A stretch of 64,000 nucleotides of DNA, from NCBI GenBank assembly GCA_950097015.1, contig CATNEN010000007.1:310001-374000 (forward strand), written 5' to 3'. Made by a program: the position numbers and the translations under genes. Source of the DNA: Macrostomum hystrix (Eukaryota > Animalia > Platyhelminthes). Under the pieces are notes generated by a model, which was not told the origin of the DNA, searched no databases, and saw nothing but the letters and a program-made list of their open reading frames with translations. Numbering within the stretch: the stretch's first letter is position 1; each line of letters starts with the position of its first letter. Shown here in pieces: positions 26,033 to 39,070 of the stretch.

Positions 26033-29000
26033 TCAAATTGTCGACTCTCGAATTGTGATCTCAGTTTTGCCATTCTGAGCCGACGCGGTTGCTGCTGTTG
26101 CCGACTGATCAGCAGCCTCTTCGGCAGCTTCCGCGAGCTCATGGGGTGCAGTCAACAGCGCTGTCTCGTCAACACCAGCGGCGCTGGCCTCCGACGTGTT
26201 GAGCCGACGCCGCCGCAGATGACCGGCCTGACTGGCGCCCAGGCTCATATTGGATCTGGTGAGGGACACCACGCTGGGCGCCTTCTGCCAGATGCCGTCT
26301 GGGTCCGTCAGTGCCTCGTCATAAGCTGCCAATGGAGACGCAAAAGGCTTTAGACACTCCAACTGACACTCTCCAACTGACACTCTCCAACTGACACTCT
26401 CCAACTGACACTCTCCAACTGACACTCTCCAACTGTCACTCTCCAACTGACACTCTCCAACTGACACTCTCCAACTGACACTCTCCAACTGACACTCTCC
26501 AACTGACACTCTCCAACTGACACTCTCCAACTGACACTCTCCAACTGACACTCTCCAACTGACACTCTCCAACTGACACTCTCCAACTGACACTCTCCAA
26601 CTGACACTCTCCAACTGACACTCTCCAACTGACACTCTCCAACTGACACTCTCCAACTGACACTCTCCAACTGACACTCTCCAACTGACACTCTCCAACT
26701 GACACTCTCCAACTGACACTCTCCAACTGACACTCTCCAACTGACACTCTCCAACTGACACTCTCCAACTGACACTCTCCAACTGAAACTCTCCAACTGA
26801 CACTCTCCAACTGACACTCTCCAACTGATACTCTCCAACTGACACTCTCCAACTGACACTCTCCAACTGACACTCTCCAACTGACACTCTCTCCAACTGA
26901 CACTCTCCAACTGACACTCTCCAACTGACACTCTCCAACTGACACTCTCCAACTGACACTCTCCAAATGACACTCTCCAACTGACACTCTGCAACTGACA
27001 CTCTCCAACTGTCACTCTCCAACTGTCACTCTCCAACTGATACTCTCCAACTGACACTCTCTCCAACTGACACTCTCTCCAACTGACCCTCTCGAACTGA
27101 CACTCTCCAACTGTCACTCTCCCCAACTCACACTCTCTCCAACTGTCACTCTCCCCAACTTTCACTCTCCCCAACTGACACTCTCTCCAACTGTCACTCT
27201 CCCCAACTGACACTCTCCAACTGACACTCTCCAACTGTCACTCTCCAACTGACACTCTCCAACTGACACTCTCCAACTGACACTCTCCAACTGACACTCT
27301 CCAACTGTCACTCTGCAGCTGATACTCTCCAACTGTCACTCTCCAACTGACACTCTCCAACTGACACTCTCCAACTGATACTCTCCAACTGTCACTCTCC
27401 AACTGTCACTCTCCAACTGACACTCTCCAACTGACACTCTCCAACTGACACTCTCCAACTGTCACTCTCCAACTGACACTCTGCAGCTGATACTCTCCAA
27501 CTGTCACTCTCCCCAACTGACACTCTCTCCAACTGTCACTCTCCCCAACTGACACTCTCTCCAACTGTCACTCTCTCCAACTGACACTCTCCCCAACTGA
27601 CACTCTCTCCAACTGTCACTCTCCCCAACTGACACTCTCTCCAACTGACACTCTCCAACTGACACTCTCGAACTGACACTCTCCCCAACTGATACTCTCT
27701 CCAACTGTCACTCTCTCCAACTGTCACTCTCTCCAACTGACACTCTCCCCAACTGTCACTCTCCCCAACTGACACTCTCTCCAACTGTCACTCTCCCCAA
27801 CTGACACTCTCTCCAACTGTCACTCTCCCCAACTGACACTCTCTCCAACTGTCACTCTCTCCAACTGACACTCTCCCCAACTGTCACTCTCTCCAACTGT
27901 CACTCTCTCCAACTGACACTCTCCCCAACTGACACTCTCTCCAACTGACACTCTCTCCAACTGACACTCTCTCCAACTGTCACTCTCCCCAACTGACACT
28001 CTCTCCAACTGTCACTCTCTCCAACTGACACTCTCTCCAACTGACACTCTCTCCAACTGCCACTCTCCCCAACTGACACTCTCTCCAACTGTCACTCTCT
28101 CCAACTGACACTCTCTCCAACTGTCACTCTCTCCAACTGACACTCTCTCCAACTGTCACTCTCCCCAACTGACACTCTCTCCAACTGTCACTCTCTCCAA
28201 CTGACACTCTCTCCAACTGACACTCACTCCAACTGTCACTCTCCCCAACTGACACTCACTCCAACTGACACTCTCCAACTGTCACTCTCCCCAACTGACA
28301 CTCTCTCCAACTGTCACTCTCCCCAACTGACACTCTCTCCAACTGTCACTCTCCCCAACTGACACTCTCTCCAACTGACACTCTTCCCAACTGTCACTCT
28401 CTCCAACTGTCACTCTCTCCAACTGACACTCTCCCCAACTGACACTCTCTCCAACTGACACTCTCTCCAACTGACACTCTCTCCAACTGCCACTCTCCCC
28501 AACTGACACTCTCTCCAACTGTCACTCTCTCCAACTGACACTCTCTCCAACTGACACTCTCTCCAACTGTCACTCTCCCCAACTGACACTCTCTCCAACT
28601 GACACTCTCTCCAACTGACACTCTCTCCAACTGACACTCTCTCCAACTGTCACTCTCCCCAACTGACACTCTCTTCAACTGTCACTCTCTCCAACTGACA
28701 CTCTCTCCAACTGACACTCTCTCCAACTGACACTCTCTCCAACTGACACTCTCTCCAACTGTCACTCTCCCCAACTGACACTCTCTCCAACTGACACTCT
28801 CCAACTGACACTCTCGAACTGACACTCTCTCCAACTGACACTCTCTCCAACTGTCACTCTCCCCAACTGACACTCTCTCCAACTGTCACTCTCTCCAACT
28901 GACACTCTCTCCAACTGACACTCTCTCCAACTGTCACTCTCCCCAACTGACACTCTCTCCAACTGACACTCTCTCCAACTGACACTCTCTCCAACTGACA

Positions 29001-32000
29001 CTCTCTCCAACTGTCACTCTCCCAAACTGACACTCTCTTCAACTGTCACTCTCTCCAACTGACACTCTCTCCAACTGACACTCTCTCCAACTGTCACTCT
29101 CTCCAACTGACACTCACTCCAACTGACACTCTCTCCAACTGTCACTCTCTCCAACTGACACTCTCCAACTGACACTCTCCAACTGACACTCTCGAACTGA
29201 CACTCTCCAACTGACGATTTCTTTTACTGACACTCTCTCCAACTGACACTCTCAAATTGACACTCTCTCCTACTGTCACTCTCCCCAACTGACACTCTCT
29301 CTAGCTGTCACTCTGTCCAACTGACACTCTAAGTGTCTGTCTCCCACTTTCCATATGTCACACATCCTCTCTTTATTTGTCAATCTATCTATTAATCTGT
29401 CACTGCTTCTCAGCAGAGTGACGCGGCTTACCCTGAATATCCAGGTTAGACTTGGTCATTTGATCGAAGTCCTCCGCCACGGTAGCTGCCGGGTAGGCCT
29501 GTTTAATTAGCCCGAGCAGAAATATGCAACTAGTTTAAATATTTACAACTTTTTATTCCGTTTCGATTTTATGAATTCTAGAAACAGCTAAAGGAAGCAC
29601 TCAATGCAAGTACTCACGGTTTCAGGCTGGGCAAGCAGATTTTCAATCTTATCTAGTATTCGATCCTAGCCTTATGAGCCTGTTAGCTGCTATCCTCTTC
29701 ATTCCAATGTCCACTGCAAAGAACTCTGGCTTAAACGGAAGGACTAAAGGCTAGGGGGTGGTGGGATTTGAGCCCCTTGCAGAGAAGGGGATCGGGGGGA
29801 GAGACTGTGCAGGACGGCCTCCAGCGAGCTAAAATCCCAGGAAGGGAAGGAATGATAGGGAGAGAGGAAGACGGGTAGAGAGAGCTGTGGATAGGCAAGA
29901 CAGAGAGAGAGAGGAGCTGAAGCAGAAGTCGTTATCAAAAAATAGAAACGGGGGAGAGGAATTCGCTGAGCAGCAGCGGGTAGCGATTTTGGTCAGCGGT
30001 CTCAGCAGTCAGCCCATATCCAGGCCCCACTAACCCCCCATTACGCTCAATCGCAGCTTCTTCTTCTTCATCGAGTACTGAGCATGTTTTTTGGTAATCC
30101 AAGCCGCTTAAAACTGAAGGGACAGCTAGAGGCTTGGACTGAAAGTGACACTCAGCAAAGTGAGATATTTCTTGGCGAAACTAAAAAATCAAAGCATGCA
30201 TTCGGCTCCGTTTACATTGTAATTTTTTTAATTAATTCAGTAGCTGTTGCTGTTGCAGTACCAGCAGTTATCTGGGGTAGACATGTGGGTTAGTGTGGCG
30301 GATAACCCCTCTCTCTCTGGACTGGGGTTTGTAGCCTAGTAGGTCAGGGCGTTGGACTCACAACTCGAAGGTCGGCAGTTCGATTGCCGACTCCAGTGGA
30401 ACAAATTTATGTCATAATTAGCAAATCACTTAACTCTGCATTGCTTCAGTTGCCCCAGCTGTTAAATGGTAATTGAGGGCGGTGTGGCTCGAACCGCTGC
30501 TTGATCTGCTTGCATAAATTAAAAATTGCCATGATAAGACGCACAACTTGGAAAAAAGCAAATATCTAAAGGCATTTGACACCAAATCCTACGTCTCACT
30601 TAGGACACATTTTATAAAAAACGCACTAAGACCAGGAAATCCTGTTTCACTGGTGCTCCGCAGAGCTGCCAGTATATAATACACAGAAAGCTAACAAACT
30701 TTGGCGATGGGAGAAGTGATTCAAAGTGAACGAAAAAAATAAGTCAGTCACGCGAACATTGGCTAGAGTGCAGTGCTTCAAGAATAACGATGGGAACATA
30801 TTTGCGTGACTTCACCGATTTTCATCAGCGTAGTTGAATTTTATTACTACTATCCGAATCCTGATATCCTGAAATCCCAGAATCCAGAATCCCAGAATCC
30901 AGAATCCCAGAATCCAGAATCCCAGAATCCAGAATCCCAGAATCCAGAATCCCAGAATCCAGAATCCCAGAATCCAGAATCCCAGAATCCAGAATCCCAG
31001 AATCCAGAATCCCAGAATCCAGAACCCAGAATCTAGAATTCCAGAATCCAGAATCCCAGAATCCAGAACCCAGAATCTAGAATTCCAGAATCCCAGAATC
31101 CAGAATCCAGAATCCAGAATCTAGAATTCCAGAATCCCAGAATCCCAGAATCCAGAATCCCAGAATCCAGAATCCCAGAATCCAGAATCTAGAATTCCAG
31201 AATCCCTGAATCCAGAATCCCAGAATCCAGAATCCCAGAATCCAGAATCCCAGAATCCAGAATCCCAGAATCCAGAATCCCAGAATTTTATATCCTAGAG
31301 TTCTGAGTCCCAGAATCTTTAATCCCAGAATCCTTAATAACATAATTCTAAATCCCAGAATCTAATACACCAGAATCCTGAATCCAAGTAGAATCCTTAA
31401 TCCCAGTAGATGCCTGAATCTCAGATTATGATTATATAAAGATTTCTAGAGCATCATAACTACAGTTGATAAATTCATGAATTTCAAAATCGAAATTGTC
31501 TCACCTGTTTCGTAGGCGGTATGAAGAACATAATTAAGCTGCCAATAATTGGAGATGCCCCCGATATGTAGAATGGCAGATCCCAACGTCCCGTGGAATC
31601 GTTGATGTAGCCTGCGGGTGAATTTGTTTACGTTCAATTTCACTGGAGGCTATTGTCATTTTATTTTAGGGGTGGATGAAGGCTGTCAGAGGGGTAGAGG
31701 AAAGCTGTCAGAGAAGTGGAGGAATGCTGTTAGAGGGGTAGAGGAAAGCTGTCAGACGGGTAGAGGAAAGCTGTCAGAGGGGTAGAGGAAAGCTGTCAGA
31801 AGGGTAGAGGAAAGCTGTCAGACGGGTAGAGGAAAGCTGTCAGAAGGGTAGAGGAAAGCTGTCAGAGGGGTGGCGGGAGGTAGTCACAGGGGTGGAGGAA
31901 AGCTGTCAGAGCGGAGGTTGTCTAGCAGGCACTGACCGGTGATGAGGGGTCCGGTAGTGGTCGGTATGGAGATCATCTGGAGCAGGAAGCCGATGGCCTG

Positions 32001-35000
32001 GGACGCCCCAGTCGGGCCCACCAAGTCGAAGGCGATGGGACCGATCATGCAGACGAAGGTGCCGTCGCATGCTCCGAACAGCAGTGCCAGCAGGATCATC
32101 GGCACCCGGTGGCTGCACAGCGGGAACAGGCAGATGCTGACGCCCAGGATGCAGAAGGCAGCCTGTTGCAGTCGGACTCGGTTGACGCAGCGAACATCGG
32201 CCAGACGGCCAGTCAGGATTCGGAACACCCCGCTGGCCACGTTAATGCAGATCAGCAGGACGGCCGAGTCTGTCTGAGCTTGCTCGCGCACCGCAAGAAC
32301 GGCAGCGGCGGCGTCGGCGGCTTCGGCGGAGAGAGTCGAGTTGCTGGCTGTCAGGGCGGCGGCAGACTCAATGTCGGCTTGGGTGAGGTTGGCGAGCTCA
32401 AGTGCCCGCTCCTGGACAAAGTTGGGCTGCGGAGTTGGTGGATAGGAGACGTGTTAGATAGGAGACATGTTAGATAGTAGACATGTTAGATAGTAGACAT
32501 GTTAGATAGGAGACATGTTAGATAGGAGACATGTTAGATAGGAGAAATGTTAGATAGGAGACATGTTAGATAGGAGACATGTTAGATAGGAGACAGGTTA
32601 GATAGGAGACATGTTAGATAGTAGACATGTTAGATAGGAGACATGTTAGATAGTAGACATGTTAGATAGGAGACATGTTAGATAAGAGACATGTTAGATA
32701 GGAGACATGTTAGATGGGAGACATGTTAGATAGGAAACATGTAGACAGTAATGTCTTTAAACTCCTTAATATGCCTTTTAAATACAGAGAGCATTGTTAG
32801 AAGGGCGCAGGTTTATATAGCTGAAGAAAAAGCTTAAAAGATTTTTTAGTTGACACTTTAGTTAGTTACGAAGCTCAAATTTTCCGTTCCGCTGTTCCGC
32901 AAAAGTGCAACTGAGAGTCTGGCTTAAAATAATTATCGTTGGTAATCAATAATTACAGGGTGGGGGGTAAGGAATGGGAATAAGGGAAGCGAACAGCGCG
33001 GGAAAGATTGTTTGCAAGCAGCCTCGCAAAGTCATAAATGTGGACTCGCTGACCCGGCTAAATGTTGAATGACCAGGAGCAACCCCGCCTTTAACTACTC
33101 GTTCAGTTTTTTGTTTGCACTTTTATAACAGAAAAGTGCATTTAACTGAGCACGTCCAGGGTTTGAGTAAGGTAACGAGAAAATGGATCTATGATGCGTG
33201 TAAGATGGGCTTCCCGGGTTGGACGGGAAGTTCGAGTGAGGAAATTGTAAATTAAAAATAATTGCAAGACAACTGCGGGCAATGGCACGTCATTTGGTGA
33301 CACTAGACCCGCAGCCAGCGAGGAGGCAATTCTGCCCATTCCTCTGACTCCTAAGCACACACGCACACAGATACCTTACGCAGGCGCACAAAGGTGTGTA
33401 CATCTGCCCTGACTTTCTCATCGTCAGGCGGTGTACATTTCACTGTGCCTTGGAGGTTGGCCCTCAACGGCGTAAATTGCACGACAAGCCCCCAAAGCCT
33501 TTTCTAAGCGGCTGCATCTAAAATGAACGTGGCCTCGCCGCGGAATCGAGCTCAGGGACCTTGGTGCGAGAGGCAAACGTGTTAACCGCTCTGCCACTCG
33601 GCCCCTCCTTTGTTTAGGATGGAATATTCAAGTCTTTTTGTGGAGTTGCAGAAAAAAGAGCCGTCAGCAGGGGCGGGCAGACTGACCAGGAACATGAAGG
33701 GCACAAAGTAGCAGGGCGAGCAGACTGACCAGGAACATGAAGGGCACAAAGAAGCAGGGCGGGCAGACTGACCAGGAACATGAAGGGCACAAAGTAGCCA
33801 AACAGCGCGAACGGACAGCCGACAATCCAGACTAAAAAGCCGCGGTTTCGCCAGATGCTGACGTTGAGAAATTTGGCCAGGAAGGCGCGAACTCCGGCTA
33901 GGCGTTGCGTAATGGACGCCTGCGACAGGTAGTGATCCAGCTCAGCGTGACGGACGGGCCGCAGGGGTCGCCAGCTGATGGCATAGACAATCAAGAGAGC
34001 GGCCATACCGCAGTAGATCCTGAAGGTGTTGTGCACGCCGATCCTGTCCAGCAGCAGGGGCTTCAGGATGCGCGACAGGGCGACAGAGAACACGCCGCTG
34101 CCGAGCGTCACGATGCCGTTGGCGAGGCCGAGCCGACGGTCGAAGTGGTGGCCGAGGATCACGAGGCTAGGCGTGTAGACCAGGGCCGCACCGAAGCCGA
34201 ACAGGCAGCTGTGAGTGAAGAACAGCAGGTTGGCATTCTCAGGTGGCACAAATGAGCTGCCCAGGAAACTGCCGACAGCGATCACAGCCCCGGCGAAGGC
34301 GCAACGGCGAAGCCCTACTCGATCCATCACAATGCTGCCCAGGAAGGAGAAGAAGAACACGCAGCCGATGGTGGCTGAGCCGATGGAGCCTGCAGTTGTG
34401 GAGTGGAGTTGGGAATTGGTGGGCTTGGGGTAGAGTTGGGAATTGGTAGGCTTGGGGTAGAGTTGGGAATTGGTAGGCTTGGAGGTAGAGTTGTGAATCG
34501 AATTGGTAGGCTTGGAGTAGAGTTGGGAATCGAATTGGTAGGCTTGGAGAAGAGTTGGGAATCGAATTGGTAGGCTTGGAGAAGAGTTGGGAATCGAATT
34601 TTGTAGGCTTGGGGTAGAGTTGGGAAACGAATTGGTAGGCTTGGGGTAGAGTTGGGAATCGAATTGGTAGGCTTGGAGTAGAGTTGGGAATCGAATTGGT
34701 AAGCTTGGGGTAGAGTTGGGAATCAAATTGGTAGACTTGGGGTAGAGTTGGGAATCGAATTGGTAGACTTGGGGTAGAGTTGGGAATCGAATTGGTAGGC
34801 TTGGAGTCGAGTTGGGAATCGAATTGGTAGGCTTGGGGTAGAGTTGGGAATCGAATTGGTAGACTTGGGGTAGAGTTGGGAATCGAATTGGTAGGCTTGG
34901 AGTCGAGTTGGGAATCGAATTTGTAGGCTTGGAGAAGAGTTGGGAATCAAATTGGTAGACTTGGGGTAGAGTTGAGGGTAGAGTTACCTTGAAATATACC

Positions 35001-36529
35001 GAATGAGAATTACGCATTTTAGATGGCTTCAATGACTCTGATGTTAAGAGTGGTTCAACTAAATAAAACCGATTTTTCAAAGCAGTTTCTCTAAAAAAAG
35101 TCGCCTATGGAGGCTAGAACAGAAGACTGTGGTTTGCTAAACAATAGTCAATGCCGCAAAGTAGTGAGGCATTTAGCATTGCCTCAGTGTGTGCAGAGAC
35201 AAGACTGCCCTTTTCAATGCAGTCTAGCTACATATTTTATTTCTTACTGAGTCTAGGTCCGGCCACAGCCTCTAACACACCCAGCTTCTGGAGAAAATTT
35301 CATTTTCTGCATTTCAAATCGTTGCTTGCACGATGTCGCCTTATTTTTTCGCAATGTGATTCAACTGCTAAAATTAGAATCAGGATCAGAGCTGCTACAT
35401 TGTGAATTCGTCATGAATTCAGGTAGGTTGGGTAGGTCATGAATTTTAGATAGGCTGGGAAGGTCATTCCAGGTAGGTTGAGTAGGTCATGAATTCAAGG
35501 AGGTTGGGTAGGTCATGAATTCAGGTAGGTTGAGTAGGTCATGAATTCAAGGAGGTTGGGTAGGTCATGAATTCAGGTAGGTTGAGTAGGTAATTCAGGT
35601 AGGTTGGGTAGGTCATGAATTCAGGTAGGTTGGGCTGGGCTTCAGGTACGTTAAGCTGGGTTTCAGGTACTTTGGGCTGGGTTTCAGGTACGTTCAGCAG
35701 GGTTTCAGGTAGGCAGGGCTGGGTTTCAGGTAGGTTGGGCTGGGTTTCAGGTAGGTTGGGCTGGGTTTCAGGTATGTTGGGCTGGGTTTCAGGTAGGTTG
35801 GGCTGGGTTTCAGGTAGGTTGGGCTGGGTTTCAGGTAGGTTAGGCTGCGTTTCAGGTAGGTTAGGCTGGGTTTCAGGTATAGGTTCAGCAGGGTTTCAGG
35901 TAGGTTCAGCAGAGTTTCAGGTAGGTTCAGCAGGGTTTCAGGTATAGGTTCAGCAGGGTTTCAGGTATAGGTTCAGCAGGGTTTCAGGTAGGTTCAGCAG
36001 AGTTTTAGGTAGGTTCAGCAGGGTTTCAGGTATAGGTTCAGCAGGGTTTCAGGTATAGGTTCAGCAGGGTTTCAGGTATAGGTTCAGCAGGGTTTCAGGT
36101 AGGTTCAGCAGAGTTTCAGGTAGGTTCAGCAGGGTTTCAGGTAGGTTCAGCAGGGTTTCAGGTATAGGTTCAGCAGGGTTTCAGGTATAGGTTCAGCAGG
36201 GTTTCAGTGCAGGTAGGTTCAGCAGGGTTTCAGGTGGGTTCAGGTATAGGTTCAGCAGGGTTTCAGGTAGGTTCAGCAGGCTACTCACCTGCAACAGACT
36301 TGGAGATGCCTCTCGTTGTAATCAGCCAATCGCTGATGATGCCGAAGCTGTTAATGATGGAGAAAATGGTGCCATTGGCGCAGAATGATGTGAGACACAC
36401 CAGCCAGGCCATGGGGCCCCCATCAGCAGGTGTGAAGTCGACTGTCACCTCCACATTTGAAGCCTCCGGATCCGCAGAGACGCTTCCATTACCGTCTGCC
36501 GCGGCCTTTTGAATCGCCCTTGAAGTCAT
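26033..36529 (-). CDS. SLC16A10: Monocarboxylate/aromatic amino acid/thyroid hormone transporter, MCT8/MCT10-like (SLC16), 6 exons
   Basis: Phase-compatible exons 36529-36289, 34389-33773, 32426-31937, 31611-31505, 29498-29432 and 26325-26033. Motifs TPADGGPMAWLV, YTPSLVILGHHFDRRLGLANG, FGYFVPF, RILTGRLAD, FGACDG, ASQAIGFL. Orthology to SLC16A2 versus SLC16A10 is unresolved. Confidence 0.9.
26356..29335. repeat. Intronic minisatellite, 14-bp (ccaactgacactct) grading into 16-bp variants, ~3 kb
   Basis: Direct inspection. It produces the spurious ESVSWRVSVGECQL ORFs. Confidence 0.97.
30324..30530 (+). mobile_element. tRNA-derived SINE with CORE/Meta-like central domain
   Basis: A box TAGCCTAGTAGG, B box GTTCGATTG, then GCAAATCACTTAACTCTGCATTGCTTCAGTTGCCCCAGCTGTTAAATGG, which resembles conserved SINE central domains. 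Confidence 0.65.
30865..31335. repeat. Intronic (cagaatc/cagaatcc) 7/8-bp, 15-bp compound minisatellite
   Basis: Direct inspection. Confidence 0.95.
31680..31917. repeat. Intronic 22-bp minisatellite (gggtagaggaaagctgtcagaN)
   Basis: Direct inspection; it ends near the donor at 31936. Confidence 0.9.
32445..32745. repeat. Intronic 16-bp minisatellite (gagacatgttagatag)
   Basis: Direct inspection. Confidence 0.95.
33255..33605 (-). mobile_element. tRNA-derived SINE, family B copy 1 (full length)
   Basis: Minus strand reads GGGGCCGAGTGGCAGAGCGG (A box)..GAGCTCGATTCC (B box), a body shared with 43665-43930 and 62490-62795, and an ATT-rich tail. Confidence 0.8.
33678..33795 (-). repeat. 43-bp tandem triplication spanning the exon 2 3' end and splice donor of the MCT gene
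   Basis: cagactgaccaggaacatgaagggcacaaag starts at 33678, 33721 and 33764. Confidence 0.9.
34400..34980. repeat. Intronic 27-32-bp minisatellite (gagttgggaatcgaattggtaggcttggggta)
   Basis: Direct inspection; abuts the acceptor at 34390. Confidence 0.93.
35410..36280. repeat. Intronic evolving minisatellite series (26-bp, then 21-bp, then 21/23-bp units with a ttcaggtaggtt core)
   Basis: Direct inspection; abuts the donor at 36288. Confidence 0.93.
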
Positions 36530-37334
36530 TGCACCCCTGGGTGGCAGCCTATCAAATATTTAATTTATGGCCTTTTCTTCAAGTTAGCAAAGGTGTGATA
36601 TTGCTATGGGAAGTCCAGAACAAATTATACTCCAACAGACGGACAGAATGACGAAATAGATTAAGATTTCTTTTTTATAGTTTTTAGTGCGCGCTCAGCT
36701 GTTATAATATTTCAGAGTCATAGCTCTATAGAGCCTGCTCTATTTAATTAAACAGTACAGTACAGAACAGTACAGTACAGTACAGAACAGTACAGGCTTG
36801 GGCCTCTTTACCAAAGATAAAATTCTGTCGTACTCACTCTGGAAAAGAAATACACACCTACCCTATTGTAATAAATAATAAAATATAAAATTCTACTCGA
36901 AAGACAACGCTAGTCTGTCAGGCAGCGACAAGGAATGAAATAAAACAATTCCGTCAAGGCCCTGGAGGCTCAATTTCAAACACGAACCGCGCGACTGACC
37001 AAGGGGGCCCAGGGGTCAAAGCGGTCGGCTGGACCCGAGAATAATGCCCGCTCTGTGACACGCTTTGTTTAAAATATGTTCTTATCTCAAATCTTAACGC
37101 TTCATATTAGTTTTAAGGGGCCCTGCGTGTGAACTGAGCTGGCTACAATAACACCAGTCGGAATGTCACACTTTCCAAGGCAGTCAATTATTAAGTCGTG
37201 GCGATTGTAAGTCCCAGACTATACACAGCGGTACAGGCACTATGGTGCGGGCAGGGGCCATAGCTGATTGGCACAGGTCAACTGCTCAACTCTGATGCTC
37301 GAGTCCGAGTTCAGATAAGCCGACTGCTCATGAC

Positions 37335-39070
37335 TCTAACTCAGTCCCTACTGTCACTCGAATCAGTCCCTACTGCCACTCGAATCAGTCCCTACTGTCA
37401 CTCGAATCAGTTCCTACTGTCACTCGAACCAGTCCCTACTGTCACTCGAATCAGTCCCTACTGTCACTCGAATCAGTCCCTACTGTCACTCGAACCAGTC
37501 CCTACTGTCACTCGAATCAGTCCCTACTGTCACTCGAATCAGTCCCTACTGTCACTCGAATCAGTCCCTACTGTCACTCGAATCAGTTCCTACTGTCACT
37601 CGAATTAGTCCCTACTGTCACTCGAATCAGTCCCTACTGTCACTCGAATCAGTCCCTACTGTCACTCGAATCAGTTCCTACTGTCACTCGAATCAGTCCC
37701 TACTGTCACTCGAATCAGTCCCTACTGTCACTCGAACCAGTCCCTACTGTCACTCGAATCAGTCCCTACTATCACTCGAATCAGTCCCTACTGTCACTCG
37801 AACCAGTCCCTACTGTCACTCGAATCAGTCCCTACTGTCACTCGAATCAGTCCCTACTGTCACTCGAATCAGTCCCTACTGTCACTCGAATCAGTCCCTA
37901 CTGTCACTCGAATCAGTCCCTACTATCACTCGAATCAGTCCCTACTGTCACTCGAATCAGTCGCTACTGTAACTCGAATCAGTTCCTACTGTCACTCGAA
38001 CCATTCCCTACTGTCACTCGAATCAGTCCCTACTATCACTCGAATCAGTTCCTACTGTCACTCGAATCAGTCCCTACTGTCACTCGAATCAGTCCCTACT
38101 GCCACTCGAATCAGTCCCTACTGTCACTCCAATCAGTCCCTACTGTCACTCGAATCAGTCCCTACTGTAACTCGAATCAGTTCCTACTGTCACTCGAATC
38201 AGTCCCTACTGTCACTCGAATCAGTCCCTACTGTCACTCGAACCATTCCCTACTGTCACTCGAATCAGTCCCTACTATCACTCGAATCAGTTCCTACTGT
38301 CACTCGAATCAGTCCCTACTGTCACTCGAATCAGTCCCTACTGTCACTCGAACCATTCGCTACTGTCACTCGAATCAGTCCCTACTATCACTCGAATCAG
38401 TTCCTACTGTCACTCGAATCAGTCCCTACTGTCACTCGAACCATTCCCTACTGTCACTCGAATCAGTCCCTACTATCACTCGAATCAGTTCCTACTGTCA
38501 CTCGAATCAGTCCCTACTGTCACTCGAATCAGTCCCTACTATCACTCGAATCAGTCCCTACTGTCACTCGAATCAGTCGCTACTGTAACTCGAATCAGTT
38601 CCTACTGTCACTCGAATCAGTTCCTACTGTCACTCGAATCAGTCCCTACTGTCACTCGAATCAGTCTCTACTGTCACTCGAATCAGTCCCTACTGTCACT
38701 CGAACCAGTCCCTACTGTCACTCCAATCAGTCCCTACTGTCACTCCAATCAGTCCCTACTGTCACTCCAATCAGTCCCTACTGTCACTCGAATCAGTCTC
38801 TACTGTCACTCGAATCAGTCCCTACTGTCACTCGAACCAGTCCCTACTGTCACTGCAATCAGTCCCTACTGTCACTCCAATCAGTCCCTACTGTCACTCC
38901 AATCAGTCCCTACTGTCACTCCAATCAGTCCCTACTGTCACTCCAATCAGTCCCTACTGTCACTCCAATCAGTCCCTACTGTCACTCCAATCAGTCCCTA
39001 CTGTCACTCCAATCAGTCCCTACTGTCACTCCAATCAGTCCCTACTGTCACTCCAATCAGTCCCTACTGA
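37335..39070. repeat. Intergenic 22-bp minisatellite (ctgtcactcgaatcagtcccta)
   Basis: Direct inspection; a G-to-C variant (ctccaatc) dominates the right end. Confidence 0.97.

Noticed and set aside
26033-29042. Many long minus-strand ORFs (ESVSWRVSVGECQL...)
   Set aside because: They are translations of a non-triplet intronic minisatellite; only 26325-26033 is a real exon.
29700-30110. GC/purine-rich intronic segments (also 32880-33240) as additional elements
   Set aside because: No ORF, termini, TSD or second copy could be supported; left unresolved.
30324-30395. tRNA gene candidates (also 33530-33605)
   Set aside because: The A and B boxes are present, but stems are imperfect and the heads continue into SINE bodies.
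33614-35080. 488-aa ORF as a single protein
   Set aside because: Only 34389-33773 is MCT exon; the rest is read-through into a repeat-filled intron.
37335-39070. Regular repeat arrays as CRISPR arrays (also 49270-50285 and 58060-59960)
   Set aside because: The units are head-to-tail with no unique spacers, there are no cas genes, and the context is eukaryotic.
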